In this document: positions 54,240 to 64,000 of the stretch, piece after piece
How the letters are laid out: each line of letters begins with the position of its first letter
Numbering within the stretch: position 1 is the stretch's first letter
Assembly (NCBI GenBank): GCA_964016885.1
Contig: OZ024741.1
Location: 366,730,001-366,794,000 of the forward strand
DNA from: Eledone cirrhosa
Taxonomy: Eukaryota
Direction: 5' to 3'
Length of the DNA: 64,000 bases
Notes under the pieces: model-generated
Told to the model about the DNA's origin: nothing
Seen by the model: only the letters and a program-made list of their open reading frames with translations
The model's database searches: none
Position numbers and translations under genes: made by a program

Positions 54240-55785
54240 ACAATTTCAAGGAAATCGGTCTGACGTAACGCCTCAAAAAAACCCTAAAATCTTTTAAAAC
54301 GCAGTTTTTCACCTAATGCGGGCCCTAGGAGATAAAATAAAGTTGAATTGTTATGTGCATTACACTCCCTGAAACATAAGTAATACACGTGTAAAGTTTG
54401 AAAAAAATCGGTTGGGTACTTCTTTTAGGGATTCAAACTGACACACACACACATCCTCAGGGAAGTGACGTAATGCAGACAGACAGACATACAGACAGAT
54501 ATTATAAGGGCGCGACGTTATATGTATGTATCTATCTAAAAAGAGAAAGACTAAGAATTATAGAGCGAGATCGCTAAATCGCCTAATGCGGTCTCTAGGG
54601 CATTGAATATTTTTTTTTGCTCAGTACACTCCCTGAAACATAAGTATTACATGTGTAAAGTTTGGAAACATTCGGTTTGGTGCTTCTCTACAATACTAAG
54701 CGGTAAAATAGTAACTTGTGTTCTCGTAAAGGCACGTAAGTAAACAAACTGAAGCTATTACAGCGATGTCTTTCTTTACCGGCTTTAATGTTTAGTGTTG
54801 TGTGAAATATATAACCTGCAAACCTGATTTTTGAATCGCAGCACGGTCGACTTTATTTCACTCGCTCCACTAAAAGTTGGATTTTCTTTGCTCACGGTAT
54901 GAAGAAGAGACTGACTCATACATAGTTACCGGCTTTCATTTTTAGTGTTGTGTGAAATATATAACCGCCTTAGCTAAGCTTAGTATTGCTGACGTAATGC
55001 AGACAGTCGGACATACAGACAGATAATATAAGGGCGCGACGTTATATGTATGTATCTATCTAAAAAGAGTAAGACTAAGAATTATAGAGCGAGATCGTTA
55101 AATCGCTTAATGCGGTCCTTAGGGCATTGGAAATTTGAAATTTGTTTTGCTCAGAACACTCCCTGAAACATAAGTATTACATGTGTAAAGTTTGAAAACA
55201 GTCGGTTGGGTGGTTTTCGAGTTTTAGGGATTCGAACTCACACACACACAGACAGACATCCTCAGTTTTATATATATAGACTAGCAGAAAACCACCCGGT
55301 GGGCGGTTTTCTGCTAGCAAATCTAGTGTATATACTGATATTGTTGAGATTTGGATGAGAAATGTTTTCGGCACCACATGTTCACCGTCTCTCGGTGTGT
55401 CTTTTATGCATGTATAAATATATATGTTATCTATACGGTGAAATCTTTGAAATAAATATATGTTAAAACGAAAAAGGAGAAAAAGAGATTAGTGACGGAA
55501 ATATAAACGTTATGATACATAAACGTTATGATATAACGATGGCAATATATCTTCAAATGGTCCTTGGCATGGTGTCAAATCAGAACCGCCTCGAACTGGT
55601 TACTTCTGGCTTGTGCGAGGTGTTTCTATAGCACCCAGCGATTCCCTCGGCCTCAGTGACCAAAGTCAGTGGAGAGAGGAAGGTAATGTTTCTATAGCGA
55701 CAGTGTTTCTCTTGGTAGTACCAAAGTGGAGAAAGGAAGGGGAAGGTAATATTTCTGTAGCACCTACATTTGAATTTTAGGGAAG

Positions 55786-55819
<34 letters not shown>

Positions 55820-55837
55820 GAAATGCCCATATATTTC

Positions 55838-55840
<3 letters not shown>
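54240..55840 (-). mobile_element. Helitron-like non-autonomous elements with tandemly duplicated segments
   Basis: Minus-strand start tctatatatataaaac at 55280 with (GTCT/GT)n; 13-bp-stem hairpin ending CTAG at 55281-55317; 54465-54690 repeated at 55010-55215. Confidence 0.55.
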
Positions 55841-55906
<66 letters not shown>

Positions 55907-55932
55907 CACACACAGAAATGTATATATATTTC

Positions 55933-55965
<33 letters not shown>

Positions 55966-56162
55966 TACACACACAGAAAAATGTATATATATTTCTGTGT
56001 GTATATATATATATTACACACACAGAAATGTATATATATTTCTTAGAACAAAATTATTATTAATGTTTTGCTGTTCATAACAAATGGAATTGAAAAATTA
56101 CTTTTGAAATTATTAGTTATTTTACTAATGCTTAGATATGTAAAAATGAAGCAATGTTTCTA

Positions 56163-57046
56163 ATAATTGTTTCTACTTTTGGCACAAGGCCAGCAATTAC
56201 CCAGTACATTACTGATACTTTATTTTATCGACCCCGTGAGGATGAAAGGCAAAGTTAACATCGGCGGTATTTGAACTCAGACCGTAAAGGGACGTAACTC
56301 CATACTATGAAGCATGGTGTCCGACTCTCTACAGATTCTGCCAATCCAACGCCCTAATGTCTGTACGTAATGAGGGAGTGAGAGGGGAGAGAAAGAAAGG
56401 CAGAGGTGAAGTGACGAAGTGACTCTCTCCTCCTCCTCCTCCTCCATCTCCCCATTCGTCACAGCGATAGAGGGGAGGAATGTTAGTGTGTTACAAAGAG
56501 AAAGAGTGAAAGTGAGAGAAACAGACAGACTAAAAGAGAGGGATAGCTGGAGAGAGAGAGAGATAGCAACCACGCGCGCACGTGTTTCCACTGTCGGACA
56601 GACAGACAGAGAAATTGCTGGTTATATATTATAAGGAGATAATTGTTTCTACTTTTGGCACTCAGTACATTACTGGTACTTTATTTTATCGACCCCGTAA
56701 GGATGAAAGGCAAAGTTAACCTCAGCGGGATTTGAACTCAGACTGTAAAGGAACGTAACTATGCTAGAAAGCATGGCGTCCAACCCTCCACCGATACTGC
56801 CAATTCACCGCCCTTATATATATAGATACTGGTTTCTTATATAGGCACAAGGCCAGCAATTTTGGGGGGGAGGAAAGTCGATTAAATCGACCCTAGTGCG
56901 TGGCTGATACTTTATTTTATCGACCCCGTAAGGATGAAAGGCAAAGTTAACCTCGGCGAGATTTGAACTCAGATCATAAAGGGCCGTAACTCTATGCTGC
57001 AAAGCATGGTGTCCGACCTTCTACCAATACTGCCAATCTATCGCCC
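56163..57046 (-). mobile_element. Three SINE copies (56163-56355, 56640-56813, 56828-57046)
   Basis: A/B boxes and core. Confidence 0.85.
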
Positions 57047-57884
57047 TCAACTTATATAAAATAATGAAATTTTATCAATTTTCCTTTTTATTGTGTTTAC
57101 TATTCAAATACAAAATAAAGTAATGAGAGAAAGGGAAAGGGGTAAGAAGGACAGATCTGGTTGTAGGGGAAAGTAGCGGAAAGGACTATAAATGCCATAA
57201 ATGAGAGGAAAGGGAGAGAAAAAACAAGGACTCTATGGGCACAAAAGAAAAAGAGGATGGGAGAGGGTCCTATGGTGTGGTGTGTTTGGGCTGGACCACG
57301 CGGGAAAAGCTGCAAAAGCATTTCCGCGGACAATGGCCAGCGACACCCGCTGCAACGGCCACCTCACCTCGCGGGGTTCCTTCCTCAGACGGGCTGCTGG
57401 CGTTCGGATTATTTTTTTAAATACGGTTAAAATAATAAACAGGAAGCGATAAAAAAGGAGAGGGGGGGGGGGGATTAAATAATGGAAAAAGAGGGCGAGA
57501 GATAAGACGGGGGAAACTTTACACCTTGGTTCGGTGGTTTATCTCAGCTACTGCCCGCAGATAAAATAACAGGGGTGGTGGAAGCATTTCTGAATTGGAG
57601 GTCCAAGCAGTTCATATTACATTTATAGCTTTCAATAAATAAAGCGATTATAGCAAAATGACCTATGAAATGTGTCTCTGAATACACATACTAGCAATTG
57701 GCAAATAGTGATACGTGGAGTAAAAGTTATGACATGACAAATTTACTATGAAGGTTAACATAATATCAACCAAGATATAAAAAAAAACTTCGATATGCGA
57801 TAAACATAACATGTACATAGATTGTAGTGCATATACAAATAGATGTGTTTCGGTAGTTTAGGGAGAAAAAAGGATAAACTCTCC

Positions 57885-58100
57885 AAACATCGGTCACTCT
57901 CCAGCAGGTTTGTGGTTGAGCCCGTAGCAGTGGAGACTTCTGGTGTCCTTGGCCCTAGCACCACCTCCCTATTCACCACCATCGGCACAGGGTTGGCTAC
58001 CCGCAGCTGTGAGTCTCGCGAGCTGGAATGGCTCTTCCAGTGCATCTCCCTCACCATCGTCCGGGGCAAACGCCTTCTCTATTCTGTCTGTCAGGGCCGT
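57885..58100 (+). mobile_element. CRE-like (RLE) non-LTR C-terminal fragment
   Basis: KHRSLSSRFVVEPVAVETSGVLG..WLFQCISLTIVRG fits the KY..L...F.P.AVET.G..QR.S.A.QRGN motif. Confidence 0.65.
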
Positions 58101-59147
58101 CAGCGCGTGGGCCCCCCATTTGCTTATAATAGTGAGAGATGATGAGAGCGGGAGAGACGGAGGCAGTGACAGTGGAAGTTTGGTTCCATTGTATTCGGCC
58201 CTGGTGTATATGTGTATATTTATTTATTACACCACAGCTGTATTTTGTCGAACAGCTAAAATCAGACAGTAATTTACATACACATACACTACACACACAT
58301 ATACATACACGCACGCGCGCGCACACAAACACACTTTCCTCAGCTGCCAACTTCACATACTAACCAATCAAATTAGAAGATAAACAACGCACGCGCATGC
58401 GCGCCACCATCACCACCACTCTCCCAACACACACATGCAAAATAAGTTTTCAATTAAAGTCATGGTCCAACGCATACCAATTATTTTATACACTGACTAC
58501 TATGAACACACACACACACACTCTCTCTCTCACACACACACACTCTCTCTCTCACACACACACACTCTCTCTCACACACACACACTCTCTCTCTCACACA
58601 CACAAATGTTTCTCACAATCATCAATAATTATCTTTCCTTCAATAACTCTCTAGCAATCTAGTCACGTCCTGAATTATAATTTTTCAAGATGGATGACTA
58701 ACAAATTCTTTTTCTCTCTTCTATACTTCCTCACGTCTGTTTCCGTTTCTTCAATCACTCAAACACACTCTCTTCATTCTATTTCTATCTTCAGGTGAAG
58801 GACGAGCGTCTGAAACGTTAAATGATTTTTCAAAATATATCCAGCATTAAACTAATATACCAGTATACTACAATTGTATTGCAATGATATACATATATCA
58901 GCTCTTAGATACTACTGGAATTCTATAAGAATCAAGCTTCTATCATTTTCGTCGAAGGCAGGGGAGTGTATGGTCTTGATAAACGCCAACAAGCGAGAAA
59001 GAAACTGTTGATTACTCATCCTTTGTTTTTGCCTAAAATAAGTAAGTGACATAGTCACTACTTTAAAACTCAGCGAATGGTCTTCAAAATGTTTTTGATT
59101 AAACATACAGTATATTGCCAAATATACTATACATAATTAATATAAAT

Positions 59148-59179
<32 letters not shown>

Positions 59180-59300
59180 GTATGTATATATATATACACA
59201 CATGGTAATTTACAAAATATAGGTTAATGAGGCTATTTGCTTGTAAACAAATCGAATACTATTATTATTCGATATAAAACTCACAAATACATTTATGTGC

Positions 59301-59395
<95 letters not shown>

Positions 59396-59399
59396 GCAC

Positions 59400-59765
59400 A
59401 TAGGTAAGGGTTGGCTCGAATACAGATTTGAAGATAGGTGATTTGGCTTTTTCACATACCCCCCCCCCCCTCCTTCTGGTTACTGAATGCTGAAGCTGAT
59501 GCACCGGCTCTTGCAAGTCTTGCACTTAATTCAGCCTCTTGCATTCCATCACTCCTAAATAGGGCCCCGAGATACAGGTAAATTGACAGTACGCACCCTT
59601 GGCGGAGTCCGACTCCCACATTGAATGGTTTCGATTTAGCACCATCTATCCGAACACAAATACTAGAACATTCGTATAGAGACTTCAGAACAAGAAGCTG
59701 TCCATCGATCCCATACTCCAGCAGAACCTTCCACATCAGATCCCGTGGAACACGGTCATATGCAA
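59400..59765 (-). mobile_element. RTE LINE RT fragment, internally deleted
   Basis: AYDRVPRDLMWKVLLEYGI..VGVGLRQGCVLS joined to YLG..PTLTY. Confidence 0.8.
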
Positions 59766-60094
59766 GAATACACTTCTTAACATTACTCCCACGATTTCTC
59801 AAAGACCTGCCACAGTGTGAATATTTGATCGACTGTACTTCGTCCGGGGCGAAAACCACACTGTTCATCAACAAGCTTAGAGAAATTCTGATTAAGATTT
59901 TAACGGATTTAAGAAAGTACCAGATAGGTGACTGGCACGAATAAGACCACCAAAAGTGCAATATGATGAGAAGTTAGAAAATGAATCATACCGTATCGTC
60001 CATCGCGTGGGTTAACAAGGGACACGTTCAGGCCTTATATATAGGGGCCTGTTTGAAAAATATATTGCAGTCTCCATTTCATGATGTAAGAACT

Positions 60095-60470
60095 GGCGAT
60101 GTGCCTCCGACATGTCATAGGAGACGTGCGATTCCCGAGACCCCAAAGAGGGTTCGGAAGGGAGCAAACCTTGACAATTGGAACCTGGAACATCACAACC
60201 CTTACAAGTAAGGAGCAAGAACTAGTAGGGGAGGCTAAATACTACTGGCTAGATATAGTCGGGGTTTCCTCAACAAAGTGGCTCTGTTACTCTGTGGGAT
60301 GGAAACTCCACTATTCAGGTGTGGCGCCAGAAATGATTACGCAGGTGGATGTGGTGATACTCACAACCCCCGAGTTGTCACAATGTGTTATGGACTGGAT
60401 CCCATTAGGAGAGAGGATTTGCCTCTTAAAGCTTAGGTTGAAAGATAAGTCGTTGCGGGTGGTGCAAAAA
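60095..60470 (+). mobile_element. RTE LINE endonuclease N-terminal fragment
   Basis: LTIGTWNITTLTSKEQELV..LDIVGVSSTK..ERICLLKL. Confidence 0.8.
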
Positions 60471-60959
60471 CTTTAAACAGAATTTTTCAAGGGAGGTTAT
60501 TTTAACCTTCTGAAATGAAAAGTTACTTCCCTTGAAAAGCCTTTGTTTTTGCTTCGTTGTTCTTTTTCGGAAATTTTAATTATTGGGCTTGACTCTGAAA
60601 GGATTTCATCAATCATATTGCCACCAGTACATATAGTGTTCAAGTCTAAACTCCCCAATAATTATATTTTTCTACCAAAACTACCAAAACACACATCTAT
60701 TTGTATATGCGCTACAATTTATGTACATGTTATGTTTATCGCATATCGAAGTTTGTTTATACCTCGGTTGATATTTGATATAACAGCTAAACTAATTACT
60801 ACAACTAAATTGACCAAATGCCACCCTTCCTTCAGAAATGCTTCCACCACCCCTGAAACATGTATGCATGCTTCTTTGATGAGTTTCTATAAAGTTTCCA
60901 TCTAGTAAATTCCTCTCACGGGAGCAGATTAAGTTTGCATGGGCCCTCTGAATTTATGG

Positions 60960-61485
60960 TCTTCTTCGCGTCGTCGTCTGCATTTTCTTTTTTCTTCTCC
61001 AGCTGGTCCTGTCAGAAGAAGCCGTCTCCAGTTGATCTGGTTGGATTCCCGAGCGAGATCAACTGAGCTCGTGGATCAGCTTGCTCGGAGTCTACCTCGG
61101 AATCTTCTACCGGCTGCTTTTGCCCGTAAAATCTGTCCAATGATTCTTTCCTAAGACAATCTAACCACATGCCTGTAATATCGGAGCTGTAATCTCTCAT
61201 TTCGGAGGCGAATCTCTGATTTCTGAGCTACGTAGTTTATCAAGCAACGTTACTCCAAAGATCCTTCGGAGGAACCACCGCATTTTGGCCGCTTGTTTCG
61301 TGATTGTATTCTTTGGATCATTGCTCAAGATTCATGACCATAGATAAGGGTTGGCATGAATACCAAATCAAAGATAGCGAATTTGGCTTTTACACCTAGC
61401 TCGCTTCTTTTGATGACCGTATGCTGAAGTTGGCACATTAGCGTCACAGTTCCTCCAATTCTTGCATTTAATTCAATCTCCTAAA
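60960..61485 (-). mobile_element. RTE LINE 3' fragment
   Basis: Paralogous to 44300-44600; PTLIYGHES motif region. Confidence 0.7.
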
Positions 61486-61892
61486 AATTTATGGTAGCAA
61501 AAAAAAAAAAAAATATATTTTTAGCTCCTTAAATATAGTAGGGTCCCTGGATAATGCCGACTCCCTACCATCACTTTTAATCCACCATTGGCTACAGTAA
61601 AAGCCACGCGGTGAGATTTAACCAGAATAAATACCGTTGGGCAAAAGCGAAAGAAAATACAAGATGGATATAACATAGCTTAAATGTGTCTTGTTATCTG
61701 AGATAGGTGAAAATATCAATGGACAGACGACTGATTCTGTTCGGAGGTGTCGCTAAGAAACATCAACCTGCTGTCATTCTTACGAGGCTGAAAAAGCTAA
61801 GAGAGAGGGCAGCTTTAGGTCCTATATTTGTAGCCAAAATTACTGGCTACAAATATAGGCTACAAATACAGTCTAAAGTCTGTATCGAGCTC

Positions 61893-63405
61893 ATCAGGCC
61901 GGTACTTATCCCGGTTTCCATGGCGTAAAGCGACTGAGAGTACAATAGTCTCCCCTGGACAGGACACCAGTCTATCGCAGGATTAACCCCCGGCTATTGC
62001 TGGTACTCATTTTCAATTGAATATACTGGTGGAACGTGAAATAATAATAATAGTAATGAAATTATTGTGTACAGTGCTCAGGTGCACCACAACTCATCAA
62101 AGGTGCATGTGTAGTATATAGAATAATGTACAAATATCAGGAAAGTGAACAATGTATGAGTCATAATATACTTGTGTGCGTGTGTATGGAGGGGGAATAT
62201 CAGGTGTAGTGTTGGCGAATTTCAGTAAAGCATGGAGGTTTTAAAGGATGCAATATCCCGGCAGATAACAACTGATGCAAGTAATTTGTTCCATGCTTCA
62301 GCAACTCTGAGCGTGAAAAAATGGTGGTGGAGATGGTACGTTTTGGTTTTCAACAGTAAAAATGCCTGCATAGCATTCATCAATGAGTTCTGCGCATTCT
62401 TTGGGATGGTCATTAATCTGGCTTGTGTGGGGATTGGGAAGAGGACCAACTGGAGAGTGAGGTCTCTGCTTTGAATGTACATATTTCCAGAACACTTTAC
62501 TGTCAGGGTTGGTTGCTATGCGCTGTTCAAATTGAAAGACTGCCTTTTTTGTCACCTCCGAGATGGTTGGATGATTTATTGCGTTTTTTTTTCTGTTGCT
62601 ATCTGATTTATGCAGTTTGTATTCTCGTTCAGCATTACAATGTTCTTTCCTGGCAAGTCGGATTGCTGCAGTCTCCCAAATTGCACTTTTGATGTGTTTT
62701 TTTTTTGTGCTTACGTGGTACTAATGCTGCATATGCTGACCATATTGAGTTCAGGATGTTCTGAGATATAGTGTTCACATCTCCATGGTTGTAAAATTCA
62801 AGCCAGTTTGGGCGTTGTAGCTCGGTGCAGTAAGAGTTCTAGTCTGCTTTATTCCAGTCAAAGCGAACAGTTTGGATATGGTTGTGGTTTTTGTTACTGC
62901 CCATAAGAGACAGATTGGCAATGATCATAGCATGAACAGACTCACCTAAAGGTTCCTTAGTAGTGACACTAATAACTGTTTCAGGAGTAGTGGTAAAGAG
63001 TAGATCTAAAGTGTTGTCACCTCTTGTTGGGGAAGTGACTACTTGGCACCAGTTCGAGTCCAGTACTAGCTCCAGGAAATCATTTGCACTTTGCAGCCAA
63101 CGAAAAGTTTCCCAATCAATCTCAGGGCGGTTAAAGTCGCCTGCAATAAGTGGCTGTTTTCCTGGCAGCAGCTCTGAAGATATCACAAAGCTGTGTGTCT
63201 TGATTGTAATGGGGGGGGGGGGGGGTAAACAACTCCAAATAGAAGTGTTGACATGGTCATATGTATGTCGCAGAAAAATACTTCTTGTTGTGATCGGTTC
63301 AAATCAACGCAAAGAATGAAGTGTTTTGCTCAAGAACACAACACACAACCCAGTCCAGGAATCGAACTCACGACGTTATGGTCGTAAGTCCAACACCCTT
63401 ACCAT
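61893..63405 (-). mobile_element. SINE (third family) split into 61893-62042 and 63314-63405 by a CR1 insertion
   Basis: ..ggaacgtgaaat | gaagtgttttgctcaagaacac.. join into one SINE body; B-box gagttcgattcc on the minus strand at ~63360. Confidence 0.6.
62043..63190 (-). mobile_element. CR1-clade LINE: APE region fused to 3' end, RT deleted
   Basis: IAGDFNRPEIDW, PTRGDNTLDL, DSKVFWKYV, then HFFTLRVAEAWNKL; (ATT)n tail. Confidence 0.85.
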
Positions 63406-63549
63406 ACAACCGGTTAAAAATAAGAAGAACGGGGGAAAATCTAATTTACTCTGGCAGCATGAGTACTTCCATTGAAGGTGCTACGAACTCAACGTTTTTC
63501 TTTTTGTTTGTTTATTTGTTTGTTTGTTAATTTGTTTTTTGTTACTGTT

Positions 63550-63975
63550 CAGTGCTATTTTCTATTGTAAATTTGAAACCTAAGCTAGAAAAACATTTCA
63601 ATAACAAACACGGTGACAAAGCAACTGGAAATAACATTGAATCATTAAAGATGACGTCGTCTGCTTTTTTTTTTAATCAAAGTGGAACTCTACAACAGTT
63701 GGGATTTGTACCAATGGAGAAACCTCAGTTTCTGTTCCAACCACAATCACAGCATCAGAAGGGATTAATTGGAAACGTGTGCAATAGACATTGTTAGAAC
63801 TGTTCTGGGTAAAGATGTTGACAAAAGGTGCAGTTGGTAGCCACATCATATGAGACAGGATTGTCAACTAGAAGCATGTAATTGATAACAGGAAGAAAAT
63901 AATAACTGCAAACAAAAGTATAATGTAATTGATTTTATGATGTAAGGGGGTGCGTAAGAGATTTCAATATTTCAG
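63550..63975 (+). mobile_element. hAT Charlie/Buster-like transposase remnant
   Basis: LKPKLEKHFNNKH..QSGTLQQLGFVPMEKP; terminal-like aagggggtgcgt. Confidence 0.55.
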
Positions 63976-64000
63976 ACAGTGGTCTTTTGTTAATAAAAAG

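Larger units (their letters stand above)
57570..60855. repeat. Inverted pair of hAT-like ends (57570-57880 and 60665-60855)
   Basis: caggggtggtggaagcatttctgaa / ttcagaaatgcttccaccacccctg, plus ~110 bp more inverted homology; no TSD seen. Confidence 0.7.

Noticed and set aside
58912-59121. GIY-YIG remnant near the decayed HHR
   Set aside because: No clear catalytic motifs, and it is on the opposite strand to the HHR.

Overview
This is AT-rich eukaryotic DNA, dense in microsatellites and transposable elements. The SINE/LINE/Penelope repertoire resembles an octopus-type cephalopod genome; that is an inference from repeat content, not a database match. I found no credible host gene, and most ORF-track entries are translated microsatellites. 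Main contents: (1) a Naiad-like Penelope-like element (PLE) whose RT + GIY-YIG frame is open for >520 codons (minus strand, ~1570 to the window edge; missed by the ORF track), with an inverted 3' copy ending in a hammerhead ribozyme (HHR); (2) many small PLE pLTR remnants in (TA)n/(TG)n, carrying about 8 HHR motifs, some with long stem II, and several 50-175 bp inverted-repeat hairpins; (3) two Tx1-clade LINE lineages, one arrayed in (ATT)n and one arrayed three-deep in (TCTA)n; (4) R4/Dong RLE LINE copies in (TACA)n; (5) decayed RTE, CR1, CRE, Helitron, hAT and mariner fragments; (6) about 20 tRNA-derived SINEs, often in tandem. The two most notable patterns are apparent family-specific microsatellite targeting by four retroelement lineages and a varied set of PLE-borne hammerheads. 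All calls are by eye from motifs; no searches or folding programs were run.
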